From: an uncultured delta proteobacterium
GTDB lineage: Bacteria > Desulfobacterota > Desulfuromonadia > Geobacterales > Pseudopelobacteraceae
Direction of reading: 5' to 3'
Assembly (NCBI GenBank): GCA_963772835.1
Contig: CAVYYZ010000012.1
Span: forward strand, 224,001 to 288,000
DNA: 64,000 nt
The translations under genes were made by a program, and so were the position numbers. The notes below the pieces were generated by a model. That model was not told the DNA's origin and searched no databases. It saw only the letters and a program-made list of their open reading frames with translations. This document shows, piece after piece, positions 29,710 through 45,279 of the stretch (positions are counted from its first letter, which is position 1; every line of letters starts with the position of its first letter).

Positions 29710-30372
29710 TTATAAGGCTTCACTCCGTTTTATGATTGTCAGTACCCGCTCGCCCATGTTTTGCGGCAGCGAATAGCGGTGTATAGAAGAGACTGTAAAC
29801 CCACCGGCATGCACGATCTCATCACTGTCAGCAATCTCACCTTCAACCTGTTCCCCTTTCATCGCTATCAGTACTCCGCCATCTGACAGGAGCGGCGCAG
29901 CCAGAGACACAAAACGATCAAGCCGTGTAAACGCGCGCGAGGTAATAACAGTGAATAAGTTGCGATGTGTTGTGTGAAGCCCTTCAACTCGTGCGTGAAT
30001 CGCTTCAATATTCTGCAGATTCAGGATACGGATGACATGCCGTTGAAAATGAATTTTTTTCGCCACTGCATCGACGGAAACCATCGGGATCTCTGGTCTG
30101 ATTATTTTTAACGGGATTACCGGAAGACCGGCACCTGATCCGATATCAAGCAATCGGTCAGTAGCTTTTAAATACGGAGCAAGGCTGAGGGAGTCGACGA
30201 AGTGCTTGATCGCAATCTCATTATCTTTAGTTATTGAGGTCAGGTTGACTTTGCGGTTCCATTTTTTCAACTCAGCAGCATAGAGTTCAAATAAATCGAT
30301 ATCATGACTCTCAAGCGATATTCCCATCGATTGAGCTCCCAAAGCAACTGTATCACCTATAATGGAGCGCAT
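29710..30372 (-). CDS. rsmG: 16S rRNA m7G527 methyltransferase
   Basis: NLTSI, KHFVDSL, DIGSGAGLP, SRAF. Confidence 0.96.
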   Translation of the reverse strand: MRSIIGDTVALGAQSMGISLESHDIDLFELYAAELKKWNRKVNLTSITKDNEIAIKHFVDSLSLAPYLKATDRLLDIGSGAGLPVIPLKIIRPEIPMVSVDAVAKKIHFQRHVIRILNLQNIEAIHARVEGLHTTHRNLFTVITSRAFTRLDRFVSLAAPLLSDGGVLIAMKGEQVEGEIADSDEIVHAGGFTVSSIHRYSLPQNMGERVLTIIKRSEAL

Positions 30373-30380
30373 TACTCGCT

Positions 30381-32258
30381 CTATCCCTTCCAGGAAGATG
30401 ACTTCAAGGCAATCGACAGAATTGAAATAGCCGCCGGTGTGACACCCGGTATTCTTGATGCTTGTCCAAGAGTGTCGGGCCGGCTTTTCGAAAGCTTTTC
30501 ACGAACCTCTGTAGTCAGGCTTTTCACAGATGCATAATCAAGGCTTGTGGGAATGCGTGCGTTTTCCAGTTTTTTCGACTGTTCAACCTGTTCCAGTTGC
30601 CTATCGATATACCCTTTGTATTTAGTCTGTATTTCAACCTGTTCACGTATTAGCGGAGGCGTTTCACGTGAAACCGTATCAAGTTCGCCAAGAATTGAAT
30701 AAGTGACATCTGTTCGCTTGAGCAGATGCTCAAGTGTTGTACCTTTTTGGATATCTTTCAGGCCGTGACGCGTGAGTACTTCGAGTTGAATATCGGAATG
30801 GCCGAGACGTGTTATCGCTATACGATCAAGTTCTTCTTCGATCATACCTTTTTTTTCAGTAAAACGGGCATACTCCTCATCCGATACGAGACCTAGTCGA
30901 TATCCTGTTTCCCGCAGACGCAAATCCGCATTATCTTCGCGTAGCAAGAGACGATATTCAGCTCTCGATGTGAACATCCGGTATGGTTCTTTCGTACCGA
31001 GAGTCACCAGGTCATCGATCATAACGCCTATATATGCCTCACTTCGTGACAGCACAAGCGGCTCACGCCCTTTTACACGAAGTGCGGCATTTATGCCGGC
31101 TATGAGCCCCTGCCCTGCAGCCTCTTCATAGCCGGATGTGCCATTGATCTGACCGGCATGATACAGATTTTTTATTGTCTTCGTTTCAAGAGTACTATGG
31201 AGCTGAATCGGATCAACGTAATCGTATTCTATTGCATATGCAGGACGCATTATCTCTACACGTTCCAAGCCGACAATAGAGCGGTAAAAAGATATCTGAA
31301 CATCTATGGGAAGTGACGTTGACATTCCGCTGGGATAGACCTCAATCGTGTCGAGCCCCTCCGGTTCGATGAATGTCTGGTGACGCTCTTTTTCCGGGAA
31401 ACGCACAACCTTGTCTTCTATTGAAGGACAGTACCGCGGCCCAACTCCTTCAATAATACCCGAATATAACGGTGAGCGGTCCAGGCCGGATCGAATAATA
31501 TCGTGCGATTTCTGATTTGTGTACGCAATGTGACATGGTAGTTGCGGCATCATTATCTGTTTGGTTGAAAAAGAAAAAGGCAACGGTGGATCATCACCAA
31601 ATTGAGTTTCCAGCTGTGAAAAGTCAATGGTCCGGGCATCTAGTCGCGCGGGTGTTCCTGTTTTAAGTCTACCTACGTTAAAACCGAGTGTTCTCATCTG
31701 GTCAGACAGACCGATCGATGGCTGATCACCTGCACGTCCGCCAGGATAGTGGTTAAGCCCAATATGGATGAGGCCGCGCATAAACGTGCCGGTTGTAACA
31801 ACAACCGTTTTTGAAAGAAACCTGATGCCGGAGCGTAGTTCGACGCCACACAGTTTGCCCCCGTCAATGTACAGAGACGTTACTTCTCCCTGCTTAAGGT
31901 CGAGATTTGGTTGATGCTCCAAAATGTTCTTCATCCGGAGGCGATATAATTGTTTGTCAGCCTGGGCTCGCGATGCTCTGACAGCGGGACCTTTTTTTAC
32001 ATTCAGGATACGGAACTGAATGCCGGTAGCGTCGATATTCTTCGCCATTTCGCCACCAAGCGCATCGATCTCTTTAACAAGATGACCCTTTGCCAAGCCG
32101 CCGATTGATGGATTACAGGACATCAGTGCTATTGCGTCCAGATTAATCGTCAGCAGCATAGTGCGACATCCCATACGGGCAGACGCAAGAGCGGCTTCAC
32201 AGCCAGCGTGGCCGGCACCAACTACAATTACGTCATACATCAGTTCGTAGGTCATCAT
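30381..32258 (-). CDS. mnmG: tRNA uridine-5-carboxymethylaminomethyl(34) synthesis enzyme
   Basis: GAGHAGCEAA, SCNPSIGG, GPRYCPSIEDK, GQINGTSGYEEAA. Confidence 0.98.
   Translation of the reverse strand: MMTYELMYDVIVVGAGHAGCEAALASARMGCRTMLLTINLDAIALMSCNPSIGGLAKGHLVKEIDALGGEMAKNIDATGIQFRILNVKKGPAVRASRAQADKQLYRLRMKNILEHQPNLDLKQGEVTSLYIDGGKLCGVELRSGIRFLSKTVVVTTGTFMRGLIHIGLNHYPGGRAGDQPSIGLSDQMRTLGFNVGRLKTGTPARLDARTIDFSQLETQFGDDPPLPFSFSTKQIMMPQLPCHIAYTNQKSHDIIRSGLDRSPLYSGIIEGVGPRYCPSIEDKVVRFPEKERHQTFIEPEGLDTIEVYPSGMSTSLPIDVQISFYRSIVGLERVEIMRPAYAIEYDYVDPIQLHSTLETKTIKNLYHAGQINGTSGYEEAAGQGLIAGINAALRVKGREPLVLSRSEAYIGVMIDDLVTLGTKEPYRMFTSRAEYRLLLREDNADLRLRETGYRLGLVSDEEYARFTEKKGMIEEELDRIAITRLGHSDIQLEVLTRHGLKDIQKGTTLEHLLKRTDVTYSILGELDTVSRETPPLIREQVEIQTKYKGYIDRQLEQVEQSKKLENARIPTSLDYASVKSLTTEVREKLSKSRPDTLGQASRIPGVTPAAISILSIALKSSSWKG
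30661..30674. promoter_or_regulatory. parS site inside the mnmG coding sequence
   Basis: Perfect 14-bp palindrome GTTTCACGTGAAAC. Confidence 0.8.
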
Positions 32259-32282
32259 GATTGAAATCCACTGTCCAGGGTC

Positions 32283-32298
32283 TGTTTCACGTGAAACA
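32283..32298. promoter_or_regulatory. parS site (consensus)
   Basis: TGTTTCACGTGAAACA in the mnmE-mnmG gap, about 4 kb from dnaA. Confidence 0.92.
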
Positions 32299-32303
32299 TA
32301 GCA

Positions 32304-33671
32304 CTATTTCCCTATACAGAATGAAGAAAAAATGAGATCAAGAACTTCATCCGTTGCGGTCTGTCCGGTAACGGTACCCACCGCCTGCAACGCTCCACGC
32401 AGATCCAAAGCCAATAACTCCAGATTGCCACTCCGAATCCCGCCAACAAGATTTTTCAGGAACTGTTCTGCAGAAATCAGTGCGTCCCGGTGACGGGCCC
32501 TGGACAGCGCAACAGCCTCTCGCGGGTCGGAAGCCGTGGAATGAAGAAACAGTCTGCAAGCTGTCTGCTTGAGCAGATCGACTCCATCTCCTGAAAGAGC
32601 TGCAATCCTTACCTGAGCAACGAATCTGCCTTCGTCAGGCAGGACAAAGCGCTGTTGGAGATCTACCTTATTTAGAACCGCGATCGTCTTACGACCGGCG
32701 AGCGCGTCAAAGATCATCTGGTCCTCGTGGCTGAACTCCCGGGAGGCGTCAAATACAGCGAGGACAAGATCAGCCAGCGGTATTTTTTCAAGAGCCCTGC
32801 TGATACCCTCCTGTTCAACCAGATCATCGGTATGACGAATTCCGGCCGTATCAAGCAACTGGACGGACAGTCCCTCGAACATTATCGTTTCTTCGATGAC
32901 GTCGCGGGTTGTACCGGGAATATGAGTTACAATAGCACGATTTTCATTCAACAGCCGGTTAAGCAGGCTTGACTTGCCTACGTTCGGTTTACCGACAATC
33001 AGGATGGATATCCCGTCACGCATGATCCTCCCCTCGTCGAAGGTCGATAGTAGCGTGGTAATAATACTTTGTGCCTCCCCGACCGAAGCAATAATCGACG
33101 CTACATCCGTCTCCCCGAGATCATCGTCAGGAAAGTCAATGTACGCCTCCACCAAAGAGAGCGCCCGGAGAATGCATCCACGGGTATCTTCGATGCGTGT
33201 CGAAAGAGCGCCTTCTCGCTGCCTCTGAGCCAACTGCAAAGCGGCTTCGCTCTTTGAAGCGATAATATCCATGACCGCTTCGGCCTGGGCCAGATCGATG
33301 CGTCCGTTAAGAAACGCCCTCCTGGTAAACTCACCAGGCTCAGCCAACCTGATTCCGCATGAAAGAACCAGTGCGAGCACCCGTTCGACAACCAGCCATC
33401 CGCCATGGCAATGAAGTTCCAGAACGTCTTCGCGTGTATATGAGCGGGGAGCACGCATATAAACCGCCATCGCCTCGTCAATTTTTTCACCGTTTCCGGG
33501 GTCAGCGATGACACCAAAAGAAAAACGGTGGCTCACAAGGCCACCGTCATAAACAGGTTTAAAAACTGCATGTCCGACCGTAGCAGCGAGGTCTCCACTC
33601 ACACGGATTATTCCGATACCCCCGTTACCTGGAGGGGTACTGACAGCCGCTATTGTATCGCGAATATACAT
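32304..33671 (-). CDS. mnmE: tRNA modification GTPase
   Basis: [27 protein letters not shown]-terminal FCIGK. Confidence 0.98.
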   Translation of the reverse strand: MYIRDTIAAVSTPPGNGGIGIIRVSGDLAATVGHAVFKPVYDGGLVSHRFSFGVIADPGNGEKIDEAMAVYMRAPRSYTREDVLELHCHGGWLVVERVLALVLSCGIRLAEPGEFTRRAFLNGRIDLAQAEAVMDIIASKSEAALQLAQRQREGALSTRIEDTRGCILRALSLVEAYIDFPDDDLGETDVASIIASVGEAQSIITTLLSTFDEGRIMRDGISILIVGKPNVGKSSLLNRLLNENRAIVTHIPGTTRDVIEETIMFEGLSVQLLDTAGIRHTDDLVEQEGISRALEKIPLADLVLAVFDASREFSHEDQMIFDALAGRKTIAVLNKVDLQQRFVLPDEGRFVAQVRIAALSGDGVDLLKQTACRLFLHSTASDPREAVALSRARHRDALISAEQFLKNLVGGIRSGNLELLALDLRGALQAVGTVTGQTATDEVLDLIFSSFCIGK

Positions 33672-33701
33672 AAATCAAAGCTCCGGTGCCGCCGGCTAAT
33701 C

Positions 33702-35336
33702 TTATGCCTGCTTGTTGATGTACATCTGCTGGCCGATTGTTAACACGTTGTTGACCAGCCAGTACAGCACCAAACCGGAAGGAAAACTGAGAAACATGAA
33801 TGTAAACACAACTGGAAGGGCCAGCATCATCTTCTGCTGCATCGGATCCATTTGAGAAGGTGTCATTTTCTGCTGAACGAACATCGTTAAACCCATAACA
33901 ATAGGCAACGGGCCAAGAATAAACGGAAGATGAAACAACTGACCAAACAGATTATCAGGGCCCGCCAGGTCGGTAATCCATAGCAGGAACGGTGCATGGC
34001 GCAACTCAATGGAAAACATCAGAGATTTGTAGAGTGCAAAGAATACCGGGATCTGCACGACCATCGGCAGACAGCCACCCATCGGGTTGACTTTATTGTC
34101 ACGGTATAACTCCATAACAGCCTTATTCATTGTGTCACGGTCGTCCTTATGTTTTTCGCGCAGTTTTGCCATCTCAGGCTGAATTTTCTGCATACCCTTC
34201 ATTGATTTGTAGCTTTTGTGGGTGAGTGGAAAAAACAGTGCTTTTAGAATAATAGTTATGATTATTATGGCGATGCCATAGTTGCCGACATAGCGGTAAA
34301 AGAATTTCAGAGTATAGAGAAGCGGCTTGGCGATGACCGTAAACCAGCCAAGGTCAAGAGATTGAACCAGTGAATTACCCTGCCCCTTAAGAATATCGAT
34401 ATCCTTCGGACCAATAAACAGGCGGTGAACTACGGTAGCGGATTGGCCTGGATTTACAGTAAACTGGGGGGATGAAATGATTGATTCAAAATAACCGGCA
34501 TTGTTTTTTTTCAGCTCTACGGACGCAATGCTGTTTTTCACGGATAAGATAGCAGAAAGGAAATACTTGTCTGCAAAACCGGCCCAATCAATTGTCTTGT
34601 CATAGCGTTTTAAGGCGCTGGAAACATCTTTGATTTTATTGGATTGAAGACTGTTATCAGAAAACAAATATGATCCGGCTGTGTCAAACCTGTTGTTCTT
34701 TACTTTCGGCTCTGCCGGATAGGTCATTACATGTTGAATGGAGCCAACGAGTGGGGCTGCAGAGTTGTTGAAAACCTGAGTTTCAAGTTGTATACCGTAC
34801 TCTCCAGAAGTGAAAGTATACACTTTACGAACTGTATACCCCTGTCCGGAAATAAAGTTGAATGTAAGCTGTTTGGTCCCGCTTTTTTCAATTTTGAGTT
34901 CATCAATATCGGTTGTGAACTGCGTGCCGTCGGGAAGGTTAAGACCGGTAGCACGCGTAGAAAAGGAAAAGAGGTTCGGGTCTCCGTCATTTTCCAGCGT
35001 TACATTTTTTGATGCCGGAGAATTTTCTTCACGGTATTTTTTAAGAGTCAAGCTCTTGAGAGCCGCTCCGCGAGAAGAAAAAACCGCCGTATAGAGGTCT
35101 GTTTCTACGATAACATCCTTTTGATCGACATGTGCAGGGAGCGTTCCCCCGGTGACCGGAGCAGGATTTTGGAGTGCCTGTGGCGGCTCTGTTTTCGCTG
35201 CCGGGTTACTCACCACCGAAGATGCACTTTGAGGAACAGGGGTTTGGACCTTTTGCTTATCCGGTCCAAAGAACATGGAAAAAAGATAAAAAACAGCGAT
35301 TGAAAGACCTACAGCTATAAAAGCGCGCTTTTCCAT
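33702..35336 (-). CDS. yidC: Membrane protein insertase
   Basis: [22 protein letters not shown]. Confidence 0.97.
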   Translation of the reverse strand: MEKRAFIAVGLSIAVFYLFSMFFGPDKQKVQTPVPQSASSVVSNPAAKTEPPQALQNPAPVTGGTLPAHVDQKDVIVETDLYTAVFSSRGAALKSLTLKKYREENSPASKNVTLENDGDPNLFSFSTRATGLNLPDGTQFTTDIDELKIEKSGTKQLTFNFISGQGYTVRKVYTFTSGEYGIQLETQVFNNSAAPLVGSIQHVMTYPAEPKVKNNRFDTAGSYLFSDNSLQSNKIKDVSSALKRYDKTIDWAGFADKYFLSAILSVKNSIASVELKKNNAGYFESIISSPQFTVNPGQSATVVHRLFIGPKDIDILKGQGNSLVQSLDLGWFTVIAKPLLYTLKFFYRYVGNYGIAIIIITIILKALFFPLTHKSYKSMKGMQKIQPEMAKLREKHKDDRDTMNKAVMELYRDNKVNPMGGCLPMVVQIPVFFALYKSLMFSIELRHAPFLLWITDLAGPDNLFGQLFHLPFILGPLPIVMGLTMFVQQKMTPSQMDPMQQKMMLALPVVFTFMFLSFPSGLVLYWLVNNVLTIGQQMYINKQA

Positions 35337-35364
35337 CGGGGCTCCTGATTATAATAAAATTATG

Positions 35365-35577
35365 TTAGGGTACCGGATCGTGGCCGCCCGGATGAAACGG
35401 ATGACACTTACATATTCTGACAAAGGTGAGCAACAAACCCCTGGCAACACCATACCGAATTAAGGACTCACGGGAATACTCGGAACAGGAGGGATAAAAA
35501 CGGCAAGTTTGCGGAAGAAGCGGTGAAACCAACTTCTGATAAAACCTGATTACAAGGAGCACACTGCTCTTGAACAT
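35365..35577 (-). CDS. yidD: Membrane protein insertion efficiency factor
   Basis: [23 protein letters not shown]. Confidence 0.95.
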   Translation of the reverse strand: MFKSSVLLVIRFYQKLVSPLLPQTCRFYPSCSEYSRESLIRYGVARGLLLTFVRICKCHPFHPGGHDPVP

Positions 35578-35930
35578 GGGGACTGACCTATTAACCGGAA
35601 GGCTTTACTGAGTTCCCGCACAATATCGGGATATATCATCTGTGCCGATTCTCGTCGTGCAATAACGTTAATATCCACCTCAGGCATACCAAAACGATTA
35701 TGTCTGAAAAACTCCCGCAGATATCTTTTTACCCGATTACGCACAACCGCGCATCCGATTTTCTTGCTGGCTGTTACTCCGAATCGCGTCACTTGGAGGT
35801 TATTTTCACTCCACACAACAAGAAAACCGCGCACAGTTGTCTTATGTTGTGCGGAAGCGAGCTGAAGAAACTCAGCACGCTTCCGCAAACGTGACGTTTT
35901 CGGAAAAGTAGCCTCAGTGTCAACACTCAC
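35550..35930 (-). CDS. rnpA: Ribonuclease P protein component
   Basis: [17 protein letters not shown]. Confidence 0.93.
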   Translation of the reverse strand: MSVDTEATFPKTSRLRKRAEFLQLASAQHKTTVRGFLVVWSENNLQVTRFGVTASKKIGCAVVRNRVKRYLREFFRHNRFGMPEVDINVIARRESAQMIYPDIVRELSKAFRLIGQSPCSRAVCSL

Positions 35931-35942
35931 ACAAGAAAGTAA

Positions 35943-36092
35943 CTATTTAGTAGCGATTCTTACGGACAGGTTTTTACGTCCTTTAGCTCTTCTGCGCTTA
36001 ATGACCAGACGACCATTCTTTGTTGCCATTCTTACGAGGAAACCGTGAGTACGCTTACGTGAAGTATTGCTTGGCTGATATGTTCTTTTCAT
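35943..36092 (-). CDS. rpmH: 50S ribosomal protein L34
   Basis: Below the ORF-track cutoff; manual translation [49 protein letters not shown]. Confidence 0.97.
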   Translation of the reverse strand: MKRTYQPSNTSRKRTHGFLVRMATKNGRLVIKRRRAKGRKNLSVRIATK

Positions 36093-36445
36093 CTTGATTT
36101 ACCTCTACAAAATTATTTTTCAGGAAATGGGTTATTAAACACAACTCTCCCGTTGTGTCAAGTTTTATATTATATCCGTGAATGGGTCCTTTACAACTGA
36201 TTTGCCTTGAAAAAGAGGTCTGGCTCTGTTATTCTCCAACACCTTTAACAAGCCTAAATCTGTCCTATATATGCTTTAAATAGCTGTTTTTATTTGTCTA
36301 AATAGTTTTCAACAGCTGTTGACAATAGTGTTGAAAACTTTTTAAATATCTGTTAGGCACTGATTAAACATGCTTTCACAATTAGCAGTTACACGCAGCA
36401 CTCGATGTTGATAACCAATACATACCATGATTGTGATTATTCCTG
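36093..36445. promoter_or_regulatory. rpmH-dnaA intergenic region with DnaA-box-like repeats (oriC part 1)
   Basis: AT-rich; TTTTCAACA 36306, TGTTGACAA 36317, TGTTGAAAA 36329, TGTTGATAA 36406. Confidence 0.7.
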
Positions 36446-37795
36446 ATGCTAGAAGCATGGCAACAAGCCACCGAAAATATAGAAAAAATAATGTCGGAAG
36501 CCGATTTTGGTGCCTGGATAAAACCGGTTCATTACAGCCACTATGACGGTTCCGCCGTTTTTCTGTCCGTTCCCAACTCGTTTATAAAAGAGTGGCTGGA
36601 AGACCATTATCTGAAAGTTTTGACCGGAGCACTCTCAGCCACATCCGGATATTCTGTTACCGTTAACTTTATCATACGTGCCGACGAAGAGCACCAACCA
36701 TACATTTCAGAAGATTTTATTGTTAAAAACGAGTTTGAACCAATTGTGAATAAAAATACTCCCCTTGAACAGGTATTTACTCCTCTCAATCAAAAATACA
36801 CATTTGATCTTTTTGTAAGTGGAAGCGGCAATCAATTTGCTCATGCCGCAGCTATGGCTGTTGCACATAATCCCGCTGACACATACAACCCTCTTTTTAT
36901 CTATGGAGGTGTCGGACTTGGCAAAAGCCATCTGTTAAACTCAATAGGGCACACTATCCGTGAAAATTCTCCGGAGTTGAATGTCTGCTACTGTTCCGCT
37001 GAAAAGTTCATGTATGAAATGGTTAATCATCTCCGCTTGAAAAAAATGGATGTGTTTAGAAATCGTTTTAGAAATGTAGACGTACTGTTAGTTGATGACA
37101 TACAGTTTATATCCGGCAAAACTGGAACCCAGGAAGAGTTTTTTCACACTTTTAATGCTCTTCATGATGCCCATAAACAGATTGTGATTACTTCTGATAA
37201 GTTCCCTCGAGAAATTTCAGACCTGGAAGAACGTCTCAGATCCCGCTTTGAATGGGGTCTTATCGCAGATATACAACCGCCTGATGTGGAGACAAAAATT
37301 GCAATTTTGAAAAAAAAATCAGAAGTGACCAGAGTATTTTTCCCTGAGGATGTATATTATTTTCTCGCCTCAAGCGATACACGAAATATTCGTGAGTTGG
37401 AAGGAATGCTCATACGACTCGGGGCATTCAGTAGTCTTCAGAATATTCCGGTTACATTGGAAATGGCAAAAGAAAATCTTAAAGATATTCTGGGAGACCG
37501 TCACAAGGAAATAACTGTTGAATTAATCCAAAAAACTGTAGCTGAGTATTTTGATTTGAAGCTCGTTGATCTGAAATCAGAAAAACGCCTGAAAAATATT
37601 GTACATGCACGCCAGATAGCCATATGGTTCTGCAGAGAAATGACTAAATCGTCGTATCCAGATATAGGATTAAAGTTTGGCGGGAAAGATCATTCAACAA
37701 TCATTCACTCCTACAAAAAAATTGATAAAGCATTGATAAATGAACCAAAACTATCAAAAATTACTGATGAAATAAGACGTATACTGCTCAAGTAA
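36446..37795 (+). CDS. dnaA: Chromosomal replication initiator
   Basis: YNPLFIYGGVGLGKSHL, DDIQF, RLRSRFEWGL, GGKDHSTIIH. Confidence 0.98.
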   Translation: MLEAWQQATENIEKIMSEADFGAWIKPVHYSHYDGSAVFLSVPNSFIKEWLEDHYLKVLTGALSATSGYSVTVNFIIRADEEHQPYISEDFIVKNEFEPIVNKNTPLEQVFTPLNQKYTFDLFVSGSGNQFAHAAAMAVAHNPADTYNPLFIYGGVGLGKSHLLNSIGHTIRENSPELNVCYCSAEKFMYEMVNHLRLKKMDVFRNRFRNVDVLLVDDIQFISGKTGTQEEFFHTFNALHDAHKQIVITSDKFPREISDLEERLRSRFEWGLIADIQPPDVETKIAILKKKSEVTRVFFPEDVYYFLASSDTRNIRELEGMLIRLGAFSSLQNIPVTLEMAKENLKDILGDRHKEITVELIQKTVAEYFDLKLVDLKSEKRLKNIVHARQIAIWFCREMTKSSYPDIGLKFGGKDHSTIIHSYKKIDKALINEPKLSKITDEIRRILLK

Positions 37796-38013
37796 GTAAA
37801 ACCTGTTGATTCATTGTGAACATCTGTTGGTAATTTTTAGCTGTGTGTAAAAGTGTGATATTTACCGTTCAGAATACACAGGGTAAAAATATCATTTAAG
37901 CATGCATATTCAGTATATTGACAGATTTTCCACTGTTTCCACAGGACCAACAATATACTACAAGGTTTTAAATCTTTTATAAACATACTACCAGTACATA
38001 AAGGGAGGCATGC
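37796..38013. promoter_or_regulatory. dnaA-dnaN intergenic region, probable unwinding part of oriC
   Basis: Degenerate boxes TGTTGATTC 37804, TGTTGGTAA 37825, TGTGTGTAA 37842, TTTTCCACT 37926, GTTTCCACA 37935, followed by an AT-rich tract. Confidence 0.65.
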
Positions 38014-39135
38014 ATGGAATTCATAATTGAAAAAGAGCAATTCCTGAAGTCACTGCAAAAAATTCAGGGGATTGTCGAAAAAAGAACTTCAATGCCCATT
38101 TTATCTAATGTTCTTCTTGAAGCTACTGAAACGTCACTTCTTGTCACTGCTACCGACCTGGAAGTGGGAATGAAAAGCAGCTATTCAGCAGAAGTTGTTA
38201 CACCCGGAAAAATTACTGTTTCCGCCAAGAAACTGTATGAAATTGTAAAAGAACTTCCAAATCAATCAATTAAATTTTCTACTAAAGACAATGATTGGGT
38301 TGAAATAAAATGCGGAAAGGTACAATTCAACATCGTTGGCCTCTCACCGGATGAATTTCCTTATTTTCCTGATGTAAAAGAAGAAAACCTCTTTGAAATT
38401 GAAACGTCCCTGTTACGCGGAATGATCGAAAGAACCTCGTATGCCATCTGCACTGATGAAACAAAATATAATCTCAACGGAATTTTTATAAAAGTTGAAG
38501 TACGTGCCGATGGCAGTAACGGCCTCAAAATGGTTTCTACTGACGGACATCGACTGTCAATCGCTTCAGGAAATCTTAATGGTTCAGCCGGACCGGAACT
38601 CCTTAAAGGTGTAATTCTGCCTAAGAAAGGAGTTTTTGAGATGAAAAAAATAACAGAAGAGGAAGGCGGAAAACTGCTGTTTGGCTTTATGGATAATAGC
38701 GCTGTGATCAAACGTGGCGATTCATACATGGTTATGCGTCTTGTCGACGGTGAGTTTCCTGACTACAATCGCGTCATCCCCGTGGCTAATACACAGGTGG
38801 TAATTGTCAACAAGGAAGACTTCAGTCATTCAGTGCGGCGTATGGCGATTCTATCAAGCGAGAAATTCAAAGGCATCATGCTGGAAATTTCTTCGGGAGG
38901 CGTTAGAATTTCTTCAAGCAATCCCGAGTTGGGTGATGCAATGGAAGAGCTGGATGTGGTCTATTCAGGAGAGCCAATTTCAGTCAGGTTTAACGCCCGT
39001 TATCTTCTTGATGTTCTTTCCGTTGCCGAAACCGAACGTGTTGAGATGAAATTCAAGGATGAGCTTTCCCCTTCGATCATTGTTCCGGAAAATTCTGACA
39101 CATTTCTTGCCGTCATAATGCCGATGAGACTATAA
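38014..39135 (+). CDS. dnaN: DNA polymerase III beta clamp
   Basis: MPILSNV, ATDLE, TDGHRL, GEFPDY, VIMPMRL. Confidence 0.98.
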   Translation: MEFIIEKEQFLKSLQKIQGIVEKRTSMPILSNVLLEATETSLLVTATDLEVGMKSSYSAEVVTPGKITVSAKKLYEIVKELPNQSIKFSTKDNDWVEIKCGKVQFNIVGLSPDEFPYFPDVKEENLFEIETSLLRGMIERTSYAICTDETKYNLNGIFIKVEVRADGSNGLKMVSTDGHRLSIASGNLNGSAGPELLKGVILPKKGVFEMKKITEEEGGKLLFGFMDNSAVIKRGDSYMVMRLVDGEFPDYNRVIPVANTQVVIVNKEDFSHSVRRMAILSSEKFKGIMLEISSGGVRISSSNPELGDAMEELDVVYSGEPISVRFNARYLLDVLSVAETERVEMKFKDELSPSIIVPENSDTFLAVIMPMRL

Positions 39136-39144
39136 AAACAGCTG

Positions 39145-42652
<3,508 letters not shown>

Positions 42653-42714
42653 AATAAAATTATTCAACAAAATCTTACCCTCATTTTTACGGGTATAGCA
42701 GATACGAGGTAGCA

Positions 42715-45279
42715 ATGCAGATCCCAAGTGAAATCCCAGTCAACAAGATAACGGTAAATATTGAAGATGAGATGAAACGCTCCTACATGGACTACGCCAT
42801 GTCGGTCATCATCGGACGTGCTCTGCCGGATGTGCGCGACGGCCTCAAACCGGTGCACCGTCGCTGCCTGTATGCCATGTACGACATGAGCAACGACTAC
42901 AACAAGCCGTACAAAAAATCGGCCCGAGTTGTCGGTGATGTTATCGGTAAATATCACCCCCACGGTGATACGGCTGCCTATGACACTATCGTGCGAATGG
43001 CCCAGGATTTTTCGCTCCGTTACATGCTGGTTGACGGTCAGGGTAACTTCGGTTCGGTAGACGGTGACCGACCGGCTGCAATGCGTTATACCGAAATCCG
43101 TCTGCGCCACCTTTCCCACGAACTACTGGCGGATCTGGACAAAGAAACCGTCAACATGGTCCCGAACTACAACGAGGAGATGTTGGAGCCGACTGTGCTT
43201 CCGGCAAAGTTTCCCAACCTGCTGATCAACGGATCGACCGGTATTGCGGTCGGCATGGCCACAAACATCCCGCCTCACAACATTGGCGAGATAATCGGCG
43301 GTATCATCGCCGTGATCCAGGATCCGGAGATCGGTTTTGAGGAACTGCTGGAAATGATTCCCGGTCCCGACTTTCCGACCGGAGCCACCATCTACGGCCG
43401 CCAGGGGATCAGGGATGCATACAGTACCGGACGCGGCATCATTCAGATCCGTGCCAAAGCCCATGTCGAGGCTTCCAAACGTTCCGAGCGTCAGGCGATC
43501 ATTGTCACCGAACTTCCGTACCAGGTCAACAAAGCCCGTCTGATCGAGAAGATTGCCGAGCTGGTAAAGGAGAAGAAGGTCGAAGGGATTACCGAGATTC
43601 GCGACGAATCCGACCGTCAGGGGATGCGGATCGTTATTGAGGTCAAACGGGACGAAAACGCCGAAGTTCTGCTCAATCAGCTCTATAAGCAGTCCCAGTT
43701 GCAGGTCTCCTTCGGCATCATCATGCTGGCTATCGTTCACAACCGTCCTCGGGTGCTTACTCTGCGGGAAATGATGGACTGTTTCGTCGAACATCGCTGC
43801 GAGGTCGTCACCCGCCGTACAAACTTCGAGTTGAAGAAGGCGCTGGCCCGCGCCCATATCCTGGAAGGTCTCAAGATAGCCCTGGATTGGCTGGATGCCG
43901 TCATCGAGATGATCCGGGAGTCAAAAACTCCGCCCGAAGCCAAACTGGGGTTGATGGAAGGAAAGTTTGCCGATCCCGAATTCCTGACGCGGCTCAACCT
44001 GCCGCGTCCGGCCGGTATCGAAAATTCGGTTCAGCTGTCCGAGATTCAGGCCCAGGCCATTCTTGAGATGCGCCTGCAGCGCCTGACGGGACTGGAGCGG
44101 GACAAGATCATTGCCGAGTATGAAGAGGTGATGAAACTGATCGCCCGACTAAAGGAAATTCTGGCTTCGGATACCGAAATTCTCAAGATTATTGTTGCCG
44201 AACTGAGCGAAATCCGTGAGCGATTCGGCGACAAACGCCGCTCCGAAATTGCGGACAAGAGCGCCGATATTTCGCGGGAAGATACCATCGAAGACGAGGA
44301 AATGGTTGTAACGATTTCGCACACCGGTTACATCAAGCGGAGCGCTGTCGATCTGTACCGCTCCCAACGCCGTGGCGGCAAAGGCAAGACCGGTATGAAG
44401 ACTAAAGAAGAGGATTTCGTAGAGCAGCTCTTCATCGCTTCGACAAAAGATTACCTGCTCTGCTTCACCGACGCCGGACGAATGTACTGGCTCAAAGTTT
44501 ACGAAATTCCTGAAGGGAGCCGCACAACCAAAGGGAAGGCGGTAGTCAATCTGGTAAATGTCTCTGCCGGTGAGATGATCACCACGATCCTGCCGGTCAA
44601 GGAATTCAGTGAGAATACCTTCCTGTTTATGGCCACTCAAAATGGTGTGGTCAAAAAAACCCCTCTGGTTGACTACTCTAATGTCCGGGTCGGTGGTATT
44701 ATTGCCGTAAATCTGGACGATGGTGACCGGTTGATCTCTGTGGCACTGACCGATGGAACCAAGGACATCTTCCTCGCTTCGCGTTGTGGTAAAGCCATCC
44801 GCTTCAACGAAGAGGATGTCCGGCCGATGGGGCGTGTCACCCGCGGGGTGCGCGGCATGAATCTTGGCAAGGATGACCGGGTGATCGGCATGGAGATCGT
44901 CGACAATACAGCGGTCGGCTCGACAATCTTCACCGTCTGCGAAAACGGCTTCGGAAAGCGCACCGATCTGGATGAATATCGAGACCAGTCGCGTGGCGGC
45001 AAGGGGATCATCACGATCAAGACTACCGAGCGTAACGGTTCTGTGGTCAACGTCATGCAGGTTGCTGACGATCACGATCTTATGGTTATCACCGATCAGG
45101 GTAAGATCCTGCGCGTACCGGTTTCCGGATTTTCGGTAATTGGTAGAAATACCCAGGGTGTGAATCTTATGAACACCGAGGAAAACGAGAAGGTTGTGGC
45201 GGTTGCCCGCCTGGCTGAGAAGGACGAAGACGAGGCGGATGATATTCTGGATGAAGGGACTGAAGAAACGGAAGCATAG
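42715..45279 (+). CDS. gyrA: DNA gyrase subunit A
   Basis: YHPHGD, AAMRYTE, GyrA box QRRGGKG. Confidence 0.98.
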   Translation: MQIPSEIPVNKITVNIEDEMKRSYMDYAMSVIIGRALPDVRDGLKPVHRRCLYAMYDMSNDYNKPYKKSARVVGDVIGKYHPHGDTAAYDTIVRMAQDFSLRYMLVDGQGNFGSVDGDRPAAMRYTEIRLRHLSHELLADLDKETVNMVPNYNEEMLEPTVLPAKFPNLLINGSTGIAVGMATNIPPHNIGEIIGGIIAVIQDPEIGFEELLEMIPGPDFPTGATIYGRQGIRDAYSTGRGIIQIRAKAHVEASKRSERQAIIVTELPYQVNKARLIEKIAELVKEKKVEGITEIRDESDRQGMRIVIEVKRDENAEVLLNQLYKQSQLQVSFGIIMLAIVHNRPRVLTLREMMDCFVEHRCEVVTRRTNFELKKALARAHILEGLKIALDWLDAVIEMIRESKTPPEAKLGLMEGKFADPEFLTRLNLPRPAGIENSVQLSEIQAQAILEMRLQRLTGLERDKIIAEYEEVMKLIARLKEILASDTEILKIIVAELSEIRERFGDKRRSEIADKSADISREDTIEDEEMVVTISHTGYIKRSAVDLYRSQRRGGKGKTGMKTKEEDFVEQLFIASTKDYLLCFTDAGRMYWLKVYEIPEGSRTTKGKAVVNLVNVSAGEMITTILPVKEFSENTFLFMATQNGVVKKTPLVDYSNVRVGGIIAVNLDDGDRLISVALTDGTKDIFLASRCGKAIRFNEEDVRPMGRVTRGVRGMNLGKDDRVIGMEIVDNTAVGSTIFTVCENGFGKRTDLDEYRDQSRGGKGIITIKTTERNGSVVNVMQVADDHDLMVITDQGKILRVPVSGFSVIGRNTQGVNLMNTEENEKVVAVARLAEKDEDEADDILDEGTEETEA

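Noticed and set aside
37310..37318. A9 tract in dnaA as a slippage or phase-variation site
   Set aside because: In-frame Lys codons in an intact essential gene.
29700..39135. Lower GC across rsmG-dnaN suggesting foreign DNA
   Set aside because: All are core origin genes in canonical order, with no mobility signature.
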